In this document: in pieces, positions 41,547 to 51,518 of the stretch | Numbering within the stretch: position 1 is the first letter of the stretch | Layout of the letters: each line of letters starts with the position of its first letter | Origin: Alphaproteobacteria bacterium | Lineage (GTDB): Bacteria > Pseudomonadota > Alphaproteobacteria > JBFXJJ01 | DNA length: 64,000 nt | Assembly: GCA_050175015.1 (NCBI GenBank) | Contig: JBFXJJ010000001.1 | Span: 224,001-288,000 of the forward strand | Direction: 5' to 3' | Position numbers and translations under genes: made by a program | Notes under the pieces: model-generated | Database searches by the model: none | What the model saw: only the letters and a program-made list of their open reading frames with translations | Told to the model about the DNA's origin: nothing

Positions 41547-42665
41547 ATGAATGAAATAAGTAGATATATCAATAAACAACTTTTTGTAGGACTGCTCTTA
41601 GTAACAACAACACTTTTAGCAATCGTTTGGCTTACGCAATCCTTGAGATTTATAGACTTCATCCTGAGTAAAGGACTTTCAATAACCATTTTTTTAAAAC
41701 TTACTCTTTTGCTTATTCCTAATTTTTTGGTTATTATTCTGCCGATAGCTTTGTTTGGAGTAACACTTTTTACATACAATCGTATGATGATGGATAGAGA
41801 GATAGTTGTAATGTATGCGGCAGGTATAAGCCGCTTAGATTTAGCTAAGCCTGCTATTTTATTTGGCTTTGCGGCTATGCTGGCGTCACTTTTTCTTTCT
41901 ATAGGTTATGTTCCCAAATCAGTTAAGCAATTTAGGGAACTTCAATGGAGCATTCGTCACGATGTTTCCCATATTATTTTCCAAGAAGGCGAGTTTATCA
42001 ACATTGCAAGCGGTGTTACAATTTATATTAAAGAAAAACTGGCTGATGGTTCTTTAGCTGGAATAATGGTAAATGATGAGCGCAACCCTGATGTTAGAGT
42101 AACAATGACAGCAGAAAGAGCAATGATAATTCTTGGCGAAGGCAACCCTAAAATCAGTATGGTTAATGGCAGCCGCCAAGAAGTTAAAGTAAGTAATGGA
42201 CAGTTTTCTATAATGTATTTTGATAGTTACAATATGGATTTAGGATTTTTTGATGAAAACCAAGAAATAAGATATATTGATGCTAAAGAACGTCCTTTAT
42301 GGGAACTCCTGACTTTCAAGGGAGAAGAGAATATTCCAGAGAGAGATATTAAAAAATTTATTGTTGAAGGACATAAAAGAATTATTTCCCCCATTTATAA
42401 TTTGACCTTTTTAATAATAGCTGTTGCTGGTCTTCTGTGCAGTAAATTTGATAGAAAAGGGCAGACTCGGGAAGTTTTGATAACATCTGGGGCAATGATT
42501 TTTGTTTTGAGCTTGTCTCTTGCTCTAGAAAATATGGCAACAAAACATTTGTTTGTCATTGCCTTTATGTATATTAATGCTTTAGTCCCGATTGCTCTGG
42601 GGCTATATTTCTTATCTCAAAATACTGCAAGAATACCAAAAAGAGAAATGCCAGACCAAATATGA
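41547..42665 (+). CDS. lptF: LPS export ABC transporter permease LptF
   Basis: WLTQSLRFID, DREIVVMYAAG and EGHKRI motifs; upstream of lptD. Confidence 0.88.
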   Translation: MNEISRYINKQLFVGLLLVTTTLLAIVWLTQSLRFIDFILSKGLSITIFLKLTLLLIPNFLVIILPIALFGVTLFTYNRMMMDREIVVMYAAGISRLDLAKPAILFGFAAMLASLFLSIGYVPKSVKQFRELQWSIRHDVSHIIFQEGEFINIASGVTIYIKEKLADGSLAGIMVNDERNPDVRVTMTAERAMIILGEGNPKISMVNGSRQEVKVSNGQFSIMYFDSYNMDLGFFDENQEIRYIDAKERPLWELLTFKGEENIPERDIKKFIVEGHKRIISPIYNLTFLIIAVAGLLCSKFDRKGQTREVLITSGAMIFVLSLSLALENMATKHLFVIAFMYINALVPIALGLYFLSQNTARIPKREMPDQI

Positions 42666-44857
42666 TAAAGCAGAAAAGAAACACCGCAAATATTTTTAAA
42701 AATACGCTTAAGGGGAGTATTTCTCTGTTTGCACTTTCTTGTTTTATGGTGTCATTTTCAACTAAAGCTGAGGCCAAAATAGATGATGAAATTAATAAAC
42801 GGCAGAACGAGTTTAATCAGTCGATAGATTTTATGGCCGATGAGTTGGTACACGATAGAGTAAACAGCCTTATTTCGGCAAAAGGACACGTAGAAATAAA
42901 CAGCGGTAAAAGTGTTTTAAAAGCAGATAATATTACATTTTATCAACGTGATAATCTGGTAAAGGCGTCTGGAAATATCATTCTTTTGGAAGAAACAGGC
43001 AATGTTATTTTCGCTGACTATTTAGAGCTTAAGGGCGATCTTAAAGATGGTTTTATTGATAACATTAAAATTATTATGAGCGATCATTCTCGTCTAGCAG
43101 CCAAGAAAATAGCCCGCAGCGATAAAAAAAATGTTTTGGAATACGGCGTTTTTACTCCGTGTGATATTTGCGCTGAAAATCCTGAAAAGCCCCCAGTTTG
43201 GCAGATAAAAGCTATTAGAGTGATTTATGATGAAGATAATCAAAAGGTTTCTTATCGTAATGCGTGGCTTGAATTAGGAAGCGTTCCTGTTTTTTATACT
43301 CCTTATTTTTCGCACCCAAGTCCAGAAGTTAAAAGAAGAAGCGGGTTTTTAGCCCCTAAAATAGGAAATCGTAAAAACATTGGAGAGTCTTTTCAAATTC
43401 CTTATTTTTATGATATTTCACCGCAGGAAGATTTAACATTTACACCGATGTTTACTACTAAGGAAAATATTGTTTTAAAAGCCAATCATCGCAAAATGTA
43501 TGATGAGGCAGAAAGCGATATCAGCGGGAGTTTAACGCAAGATTCCAATAATGATATAAAAGGCAATATCGACCTTTATGCTCGTAAAGAACTAAACGAT
43601 TATTATGTTGTGGAAGCAAACGTCGCTAGGGCATCTGACGATACCTATTTAAAGCGCTATGGATTTAAGGGTGAAGACAAACTTTGGCTTGAGAGCAGTT
43701 TGAATTTAGAAGGTTTTGACGGCAGAAGTTATGTCAATTCCAAGGCTTTTACATTCCAAGATATGCGCAGCAATATTATTAATAATAATACCCCTGTGGT
43801 TTTAGAGCCGTTAAATTTTAATTTGATAAATGACCCTGAAAAATATGGGTCTTATACTTCTTTGACAGGAAGTTCAATGATTCTTGATCGGCAGAAAGGT
43901 GTTAAATCAAGAAGAGTGAGCCTTATTGCAGGGTGGCATTTGCCTTATACAAGCCCTTACGGCGATATTTATCAGTTGTCCGCATCATTGCGAGGTGATG
44001 GTTACCACGTTGAAAATGTTGCTATCAGTGATACTGAAGAATACAGCGGTTTTGTTTCAAGAGTTTTCCCTGAACTTGCTATGGAATGGCGTTATCCATT
44101 TGTTAAAAGAGAAGAAGCTTCACATCAAGTTTTAGAGCCTATTGTCGTTGGTGTTATTTCTCCTAATAATGTTAACAATATTAAAATACCTAATGAAGAC
44201 AGCCGAGATATTGAACTTGATGATACTAATATTTTAGAATCAAATCATTTTATTGGTTATGACCGCGTTGAAAGCGGGGCTAGAGTTAATTACGGCCTGC
44301 GGTGGAGTGCTTATGGTGAAACAACAGGACAGGCATCAGGATTTTTAGGTCAAAGTTATCGTTTTACTAAGGATAATTACTTCCCTGAAGAATCAGGCAT
44401 TAACAAGCATTTTAGTGATTACGTCGGTAAATTTAAGGCAAGTCCTAATGACTTTTTTGATATGAGTTATAGTTTCCGATTAGATCAAAATACATTTGAT
44501 GCAAGGCGTCACGAATTTGCTATGAGTGCAGGAACGCCGGCATTTAAAGTAAGCCCCGATTATACTTATATTAATTCTTCAGAATTTTCTGATTTAAAAG
44601 ATCGTAAAGAAATAGGTTTAAAACTTAATTCAGAGCTATCAAGATATTGGAATGCCGAAGCTTATCATCGTTATGATTTGACTAAAGACGGCGGTACTTT
44701 AGAATATGGTGTCAGCTTGATATATGACGACGAATGTTTTACTGTTGATACGAGTGTTGAACGTGATTATACCTCAGACCAAGACTATGAAGGCGGTTTT
44801 AGTATCGGTATAACTTTTTATTTTAAACCTTTTGGTAAAGTGCAGACAGGACAATAA
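42662..44857 (+). CDS. lptD: LPS assembly protein LptD
   Basis: Signal peptide; FTPCDIC, PVFYTPYFSHP, RRSGFLAP, SDDTYL and YDDEC motifs. Confidence 0.93.
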   Translation: MIKQKRNTANIFKNTLKGSISLFALSCFMVSFSTKAEAKIDDEINKRQNEFNQSIDFMADELVHDRVNSLISAKGHVEINSGKSVLKADNITFYQRDNLVKASGNIILLEETGNVIFADYLELKGDLKDGFIDNIKIIMSDHSRLAAKKIARSDKKNVLEYGVFTPCDICAENPEKPPVWQIKAIRVIYDEDNQKVSYRNAWLELGSVPVFYTPYFSHPSPEVKRRSGFLAPKIGNRKNIGESFQIPYFYDISPQEDLTFTPMFTTKENIVLKANHRKMYDEAESDISGSLTQDSNNDIKGNIDLYARKELNDYYVVEANVARASDDTYLKRYGFKGEDKLWLESSLNLEGFDGRSYVNSKAFTFQDMRSNIINNNTPVVLEPLNFNLINDPEKYGSYTSLTGSSMILDRQKGVKSRRVSLIAGWHLPYTSPYGDIYQLSASLRGDGYHVENVAISDTEEYSGFVSRVFPELAMEWRYPFVKREEASHQVLEPIVVGVISPNNVNNIKIPNEDSRDIELDDTNILESNHFIGYDRVESGARVNYGLRWSAYGETTGQASGFLGQSYRFTKDNYFPEESGINKHFSDYVGKFKASPNDFFDMSYSFRLDQNTFDARRHEFAMSAGTPAFKVSPDYTYINSSEFSDLKDRKEIGLKLNSELSRYWNAEAYHRYDLTKDGGTLEYGVSLIYDDECFTVDTSVERDYTSDQDYEGGFSIGITFYFKPFGKVQTGQ

Positions 44858-44861
44858 CCTT

Positions 44862-46103
44862 ATGTTTTTTTATAGAATAAAAAATTTATTATTCGTAGTT
44901 GCAATTATAGGCTTTGCGACGTTTAAAGCCGCAGCTTCAGATTTTTCTATTGCAGCTTTAGTTAATGATCAGATAATTTCTGCGCTTGATTTAGATTCAA
45001 GAATCAAAATGGTTTTTGGAACTTCCAATATCCCATATAATCAGGAAACCATAAATCATTTTAAGCCGCAAATCTTAAACCAAATGATAGATGACCTTCT
45101 TAAAATACAAGCCGCGAAAGATCTTGGCATCAACATCACCGATGATGATATTGAAAATGCAATTGCTACCGTCGAACGAAACAATCGTATGCCCAAAGGT
45201 CAGTTAAAGAAAATGGTTGAATCCTTTGGCATCAGTCAAGAAACATTAAGAATGCAAATGAAATCAGAAATATCTTGGCTTAAGATTGCAGGAAAGCTTT
45301 TTATGCCTAACACCAATGTCAGTGATGAAGAAGTAAAAGACTTTATTGATAAGAAAAAAGCGCATATCGGCAAGCCTGAAATGATGGTTTCTGAGATTTT
45401 TCTTCCTATAGACGATGTTGATAAAGAAGAAGAGGTTTTAACCAATGCCCGCAGAATAATAGGATATGTAGCATCTGGGGTTGATTTTGGAGCGATGGCA
45501 AAACAATTTTCTCAAAGCCCAACGGCGGGCAGTGGTGGTGATTTGGGCTGGATTTATGAAGGACAGCTCGAAAAAGAGTTAGATGAAGTGATTAATAAAA
45601 TGGAACCACCAAGTATTTCTTCTCCGATTAAAACCCGCTATGGTTATTATATTCTTTTGTTAAAAGACAAAAGACTTGCTTCAATACCTGATCCTTCAAA
45701 AGCGGTCTATAATTTAAGTCAGATTTATATTCCAGATAGTACTTTAGATGTTATTAAACAGGATATAATGCGTAAGGCAAATAATGCTGAAAATTGTTCT
45801 GCTTTTAATGAAGTTGCTAAAAATTTTGGAACTCTTGGCTCAGGGCCTTTAGGTATGATTCCTTTGGCTAATATGCCTCCTGAAATTTTAAAAGCTACCA
45901 AAGATTTACCAGAGAATAAGGCTGGCGGCCTTACTCCCGTTAAAGATGGCAATTTAATTTTTATGGTTTGTTCAAAGACTATTCCTGGAGGACTTCCTGA
46001 CGAAAAAACCGTTAGAAATCAGTTGGAACTTGAAAAAATCGATAAAATGGCACGTAGAAAACTCAGAGAACTCAGACGTTTAGCTATTATTGAAATTAGG
46101 TAA
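44862..46103 (+). CDS. surA: SurA-family periplasmic peptidyl-prolyl isomerase
   Basis: IAALVNDQIIS; parvulin motif AKQFSQSP...GGDLGW; lptD-surA order. Confidence 0.88.
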   Translation: MFFYRIKNLLFVVAIIGFATFKAAASDFSIAALVNDQIISALDLDSRIKMVFGTSNIPYNQETINHFKPQILNQMIDDLLKIQAAKDLGINITDDDIENAIATVERNNRMPKGQLKKMVESFGISQETLRMQMKSEISWLKIAGKLFMPNTNVSDEEVKDFIDKKKAHIGKPEMMVSEIFLPIDDVDKEEEVLTNARRIIGYVASGVDFGAMAKQFSQSPTAGSGGDLGWIYEGQLEKELDEVINKMEPPSISSPIKTRYGYYILLLKDKRLASIPDPSKAVYNLSQIYIPDSTLDVIKQDIMRKANNAENCSAFNEVAKNFGTLGSGPLGMIPLANMPPEILKATKDLPENKAGGLTPVKDGNLIFMVCSKTIPGGLPDEKTVRNQLELEKIDKMARRKLRELRRLAIIEIR

Positions 46104-46106
46104 CAG

Positions 46107-46955
46107 ATGATTTTTGAAGAAATCACCAACATTCCATCTGTTAGCGATATCTGTAAAAAGTATGAACTTTTTGCGAAGAAGTCATTAGGTCAAAATTTTT
46201 TATTTGATATGAACATTACGAGGCGGATAGTACGCCTAGCATATGAAAACGGTAAAATTGATTTTGAGAAAGATACCATTTTTGAAATCGGCTGCGGTCC
46301 AGGTGGTCTTACTAGAGCCATTTTAGAAGCTGGAGCCAAAAAGCTGATTATCATCGAACAAGATGAACGTTTTGTTGAAATTATAAGTGATACCTTAAAA
46401 GACTTTAAAGATAGATTTGAAGTTATCAGTGGTGATGCACTAAAAACGGATATTAGCTTATTAGGCACGTCTCCACGTCATATCATTGCTAATCTTCCAT
46501 ATAATATTTCGACGGCTCTGCTTATCAAATGGCTGGAGAATATAACAAGTTTTAGCAGTATGACTTTGATGTATCAGAAAGAAGTTGGCGATCGAATATG
46601 TGCCAGCGTTGATGAAAATGCTTATGGCAGATTGGCGGTTATGGCTAATTGGTTGTGCAATACTAAGGTCTTGTTTGATATTAATCCAAGGGCTTTTACG
46701 CCGCCGCCAAAGGTTACATCTAGTGTTGTTTTCTTAAAACCAAAAGCTGATGCTTTTCAAGTATCATTTAAAGCAATGGAAAAGGTTGTTGCCGCAGCGT
46801 TTAATCAAAGAAGAAAAATGCTTCGCTCGAGTTTAAAAACTCTGGGGCAAACAGAGGAACTATTAGCCCAAGCCGCAATTGACGGCACCAAACGTGCAGA
46901 ACAACTAGATATTTCAGATTTTTGCAGGCTGGCTAAGGTTTTTGAAAATAAGTAA
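46107..46955 (+). CDS. rsmA: 16S rRNA adenine dimethyltransferase KsgA
   Basis: KKSLGQNFL, EIGCGPG, ANLPYNI, FTPPPKV and QRRKML motifs. Confidence 0.96.
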   Translation: MIFEEITNIPSVSDICKKYELFAKKSLGQNFLFDMNITRRIVRLAYENGKIDFEKDTIFEIGCGPGGLTRAILEAGAKKLIIIEQDERFVEIISDTLKDFKDRFEVISGDALKTDISLLGTSPRHIIANLPYNISTALLIKWLENITSFSSMTLMYQKEVGDRICASVDENAYGRLAVMANWLCNTKVLFDINPRAFTPPPKVTSSVVFLKPKADAFQVSFKAMEKVVAAAFNQRRKMLRSSLKTLGQTEELLAQAAIDGTKRAEQLDISDFCRLAKVFENK

Positions 46956-46975
46956 AACCGTTATTTAGATAAAAT

Positions 46976-47037
46976 TTTTTACTTTTGCTTTTATCAAAAG
47001 CAAAGCCGTACGACAGATATTTACCGTCAGGAAAAAA
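46976..47037 (+). repeat. Intergenic repeat module A (diverged)
   Basis: ttttacttttgcttttatcaaaagcaaagccgtacgacagatatttaccgtcaggaaaaa aligns with 8459-8517. Confidence 0.75.
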
Positions 47038-47067
47038 TAAAAGCAGCAACAAAAAATATTGATGTTA

Positions 47068-48516
47068 TCAACTTAAAAATAGAGCCGTTTTTTTATTAAC
47101 GTTATCTTTCTTTTTAATTAAATCGATTAATTCTTGATAACGATTTTTTATCAATGTTATCTGTGTTTTTGTGAAAGGTTTTTTTCGTTTAAACTTAACA
47201 CCGTGAAATCCGTGAGAGCCAGAAGTTAAGTAATTTTTATCTATTATTATATCAAACTTATCAGGATTATTAAAAACATCACAGCCGTATGTTAAATCAA
47301 AATACTGAACATTAAGGCAGTCAATATAACTTTCGAGCTGCTCAATTTTTTGTGCTGTATCCATTATTTCTTCAAATGAAGCGTTAGGAAAATCTGCAAT
47401 AATATTTGATGAGATAATGATATTATAAAAAGCTGCGGCTTTTAAATTCTGTTTAATGGTTTCATAGTCAGCTTTTTTGTTCATCAGTTTTAAAACACGG
47501 TTATTTAAACTTTCAGTTCCAAAATTTATTTCATAAACCCCAGCTTTGGATAAGGTTTGAAAAAAATGATTATCAAGATTTTTATCGTGAAGCATATATC
47601 CGGAGGTTTTTAATTTATAATTTTCGCTTATAGCCAGATTGCAAAGTTTTAGGTACCAATTAGGAGGGATAGCATCAGATATTAATATGAAACCGCTGGG
47701 ATTTATATTTTCATTATGACTTTTTATTTCAGCAAAGACATCTTCAGGTTTTCTAAGCAGAATATTTTGAGAAAGCCGCTTATAATCACAAAAACTGCAT
47801 TTGCCCCAGTGGCAGCCATTTCCTATAAGAATAGGAATAAAACGAGGTTCAAAATAATCTTTAATATCACTGAAATCGGTAGTTTCAAGACTGTTAAAGG
47901 CGTCTTTTGTTAAAGGTTTAGCTTTTATAATTTCGATGTTTGGGGCATCATTTTTGATATGTTCTAAAAGATAAGGCAGGGTTTCTTCACCGTTGCCGCA
48001 CATAATAGAGTCAAATATCTGGCTTTTACGCAGCATTTCAATTTGAAGAGGGGTTAAAAGTGTTATTTGACTGCCGCCTATAATAAGCTTTATCTCAGGG
48101 TGCAGGTGTCTAATAATCCTTGCCATTTCTATTGCTCGTGGCAGTTGATGGGCAAAAGCTACAGAAAAGCCTATAACGTCATATCGAAAGGCATTAATAA
48201 AATTAAGGCTTGATAGATATAGGTTATAAGCTAAATCATCTAAAGTATAATCTTTAAGGCATTCCTTTAGGTTTTTGAAAAGCGGAAAAACTTCAGAAAA
48301 ATCATATTTTTTTTGATTATCTGATTTATGATTTAATAGTTTTTCAGTCGTAATGAATGCCAAGTTTAAATCAACGGCTGCGGCATCAAATCCTTGTTTT
48401 TGCAAAATACTTTTAAGGTAATTAATCCCAAGAGGAGGAGTTGTTTGAAAACAAATATTATCGGAATAAGGCGGAAATATTAATAATATTGAAGGCTTTG
48501 AAGTTTGGGACATCAT
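47068..48516 (-). CDS. B12-binding-domain radical SAM protein
   Basis: N-terminal PPLGINYL...D.N cobalamin-binding-type domain; CHWGKCSFC (CxxxCxxC); FGTES...VLKLMNK. Confidence 0.88.
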   Translation of the reverse strand: MMSQTSKPSILLIFPPYSDNICFQTTPPLGINYLKSILQKQGFDAAAVDLNLAFITTEKLLNHKSDNQKKYDFSEVFPLFKNLKECLKDYTLDDLAYNLYLSSLNFINAFRYDVIGFSVAFAHQLPRAIEMARIIRHLHPEIKLIIGGSQITLLTPLQIEMLRKSQIFDSIMCGNGEETLPYLLEHIKNDAPNIEIIKAKPLTKDAFNSLETTDFSDIKDYFEPRFIPILIGNGCHWGKCSFCDYKRLSQNILLRKPEDVFAEIKSHNENINPSGFILISDAIPPNWYLKLCNLAISENYKLKTSGYMLHDKNLDNHFFQTLSKAGVYEINFGTESLNNRVLKLMNKKADYETIKQNLKAAAFYNIIISSNIIADFPNASFEEIMDTAQKIEQLESYIDCLNVQYFDLTYGCDVFNNPDKFDIIIDKNYLTSGSHGFHGVKFKRKKPFTKTQITLIKNRYQELIDLIKKKDNVNKKTALFLS

Positions 48517-48553
48517 TATTCCGCCATTGCAATGGTTGTTAAGAAAAAATTAA

Positions 48554-49105
48554 CTATAAAGATATGGTGATTAAACCTAGCTTTAAGATGCAAAGAGCTA
48601 GAATACCATAAAGCAGAACGCCCAGAGGATACTTAAATGCTATCCTAAAATCTGTGCGTGATGGGATTGCATTTTCAATGATAATCGTCTGCATTAAGAC
48701 GTATAATATATAGTTTTTAAAATTAGGTTCCATCAAAAGATTGAGGTTTTGATTAAGCCAGAAACCGAATGGAAGCAATAATAAAGGAGCCATAGCAGAA
48801 GGGACAGCATTGTAATATTTTATGTTTTCAAAGCTCACGCTTCCCATTGTATAAAATCCAGGTCCAGCTTTTTTAGGAAGAATTTCAAAATCAATCGGTC
48901 TGGCATTGGTGATCGTTCCAATTACAAAGTGGCATAGCTCGTGCAAGAAGGTTCCAAAAATATTCACCAAAGCTAAAAGCCACATATTTTTATAAGTTGC
49001 ATATTTTATTCTGATTAAAAAAATGACAAGAGCGATTAGAATGAAGCGATCATTAAAAAGAAACTCTAAAAAATCGGGATTGTTAACAATACGGTTAATA
49101 TTCAT
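48554..49105 (-). CDS. Membrane protein with HExxH motif (peptidase M50-like)
   Basis: GTFLHELCH within a TM segment, APLLL, PSRTD. Confidence 0.7.
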   Translation of the reverse strand: MNINRIVNNPDFLEFLFNDRFILIALVIFLIRIKYATYKNMWLLALVNIFGTFLHELCHFVIGTITNARPIDFEILPKKAGPGFYTMGSVSFENIKYYNAVPSAMAPLLLLPFGFWLNQNLNLLMEPNFKNYILYVLMQTIIIENAIPSRTDFRIAFKYPLGVLLYGILALCILKLGLITISL

Positions 49106-49107
49106 TT

Positions 49108-49725
49108 TTATTCACTCTTAGAATTTAATTTTTTCATACCAGCGGCATACATTGTAAAAAGCAGTTCAGATATAATTGCGGGATTATCTTTGCATACCGT
49201 ATTAAGAAGGTTTTTAGAGGCAAGAGCTATAATACCCATCAGAGAAGAAGCATAAACCTCAGAAAGTTTAGTTCTTGCATTGTCATCTATTGCAGGAAAA
49301 ACATCTGCAAAAATATCAGAAACAGGGGCAAATAACATATTGATTTGAGCAGAATAATCTTCGGGAAGTTCAAGGCAATAGTTTGTAATATCAACAAAGA
49401 CTAGGCTGGCAAGGTTAGGGTTTGTTTGAATAAACCTAAGTAGTTCTTGGGAAAAGGTGCGAAGTTTCAATTCTGGTTCGTCAATTTCCATTAAGCTGTT
49501 AGTGACGTTGGAAATAAGGTCTGATAAAGCCCCGATAGCAATGTTCATAACAATATCGTCAAGAGAGTTAAAAAGGTTATAGAGTGTACCAACAGAATAA
49601 CCATTTTCCTGAGCAAGTTTTCTAGCCGTTAAAGCTTTAGCTCCATTATTAATAATAAATTCTCTAGCGCAACAAAGTGTTTTGTCTTTTATTTCAAAAC
49701 GCTCTAAATCACTTTTAACGGGCAT
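49108..49725 (-). CDS. TetR/AcrR-family transcriptional regulator
   Basis: LTARKLA..GYSVGTLYNLFNSLDDI helix-turn-helix. Confidence 0.9.
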   Translation of the reverse strand: MPVKSDLERFEIKDKTLCCAREFIINNGAKALTARKLAQENGYSVGTLYNLFNSLDDIVMNIAIGALSDLISNVTNSLMEIDEPELKLRTFSQELLRFIQTNPNLASLVFVDITNYCLELPEDYSAQINMLFAPVSDIFADVFPAIDDNARTKLSEVYASSLMGIIALASKNLLNTVCKDNPAIISELLFTMYAAGMKKLNSKSE

Positions 49726-49741
49726 AATAAAACCTTAAGAA

Positions 49742-49819
49742 GAACATTGTTCAAAGTTGTATAGTATATTGTTATAAAATAATTTTTTAATATACAAGAT
49801 AAAACTTTAAACAATGTTC
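49742..49819. promoter_or_regulatory. Candidate TetR operator pair
   Basis: GAACATTGTTC (49742-49752) and AAACAATGTTC (49809-49819) immediately upstream of the tetR start. Confidence 0.45.
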
Positions 49820-49825
49820 ATTTTT

Positions 49826-51395
49826 TTAAGAGTTTCTAATTTTATTGATAAAATCGGCTACTTGATTTTTTAACATTACTGATTTTTGAGCAAGTTCTTT
49901 AGAGGCAGCTAGAACTTGGTTAGCTGCGGAGCCTGCTTCACCTGCAGCCTGAGTTACACCAGAAATGTTGTTGGAGACGTTTTTTATACCTTCTGAAGCT
50001 TGGGCGGCATTTCTAGATATTTCGCCTGTTGCAGCTCCTTGTTCTTCGACTGCAGATGCTATAGTAGCGGAAATTTCATCAATCTTAGAAATGACTTCTC
50101 CAATTCTAGCAATAGCAGTTACGGCTTGATTAGTTTTGCCTTGAACATCTGATATTTGTTCAGCAATATCCTCTGTAGCCTTAGCTGTTTGGTTAGCAAG
50201 ATTTTTAACTTCGCTTGCAACTACAGCAAAACCTTTGCCGGCATCGCCAGCTCTTGCAGCTTCGATTGTAGCATTAAGAGCAAGCAAGTTAGTTTGGTTG
50301 GCAATATCTGTGATAAGAGAAATAATCTCGCTAATTTGCTGTGCAGATTCTGATAAACTGCCGATAACGTCATTAGTAATATTTACTTCGTTCACAGCTT
50401 GACGGGCAATATCTGATTCTGCAGAAACCTGTCTTGCAATTTCATTAATGGAGGCCGTTAATTCTTCAGCCGCCGCTGCCACAGTTTGAACATTGGTTGA
50501 TGCTTCCTCTGATGCTTCGGCAACGTTTGCAGCTTGTTGAGCGGTTTCATCTGAAATTGCAGACATACTTTCTGCCGTCGCGTTAAGCTCGGTTGAGGCT
50601 GCCGATACAGCGTCTACGACGTTCATAATAGAAGCTTCAAAATCTTTAATAATTACTTCCAATTGTTTTAGTTTGGCGACTTGTTTTTCTTGTTCTTTAC
50701 GTTGTTCTTGTTCTAAAACTTGGGTTTTAAGAGCGTTATCTTTAAAAACCTGCATAGCTTCTGCCATGTCGCCGATTTCATCGGTGCGCTTTTTTTCAGG
50801 AATTGCAACATCTAAGTCACCATTGGAAAGGATATTCATCGCCTTAGTCATATTTTTTATGGGTAAAGAAATCCCTGATGCCATTAGATATCCAACAAAA
50901 GCAACAATTACAGCAAAAACAAAAGCGATAATAAAAATAACTTGGCTCATTTGGGAGACATCGGCTAAAGCTTCGTCTCTATCAATTGTAGACACCGTAA
51001 TCCAATTAACATCTAAAAACTTGACCTTTTCTGCTTCAAAGAGAACTTTGTGTCCATAAAAATCTGGACAGTATCCCAATTCAGTGCCGCTTTCAAAGGC
51101 CTTGTTCATACAAGGGTAGGAAAAGTCTAGTCCTATCTTAATATCAGGTTTTCCAGAGGTTATAGTTTCAATGCCGGTACGGAGCGAGGTAATATCTTTA
51201 TTACGCCCGACAACAAAAGAATTACCAGTTTTTCCCATGCCGTCCCTTGGAATTACAATACTTTCGATTGCTTCTTGAGGAATTTTAAAAGCTACAAGGC
51301 CGATAGTTTGCAATATAGCCTACCAGAATCAAGGGCAGTAAACCAATAGCTAAAAAAGCTATAATTAATTTGGATTTTATCTTTAATTTAGACAT
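49826..51395 (-). pseudogene. Methyl-accepting chemotaxis protein with internal deletion/frameshift in the periplasmic domain
   Basis: AGGAGG-ATG at 51395 gives [36 protein letters not shown] (stop at 51285). The rest (partial Cache, TM2, [21 protein letters not shown]) is in another frame, 51313-49826. Confidence 0.75.
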
Positions 51396-51518
51396 TATTC
51401 CTCCTATTTTATGTACACAATGTTACAAATGTAACTATATTGTAACTCCGCTTTTAAGGCAACTTAAAACAGAAAATGTAACATAACCGTAATGTTATTG
51501 TCTTAAAAAAGGGGAGGC

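Noticed and set aside
9240-46103. Terminal Arg in YggS (IFGTR), LolA (KDRR) and SurA (IIEIR) as members of the tail motif
   Set aside because: These are normal family ends with no appended linker or helix; LolA and SurA are Sec-exported.
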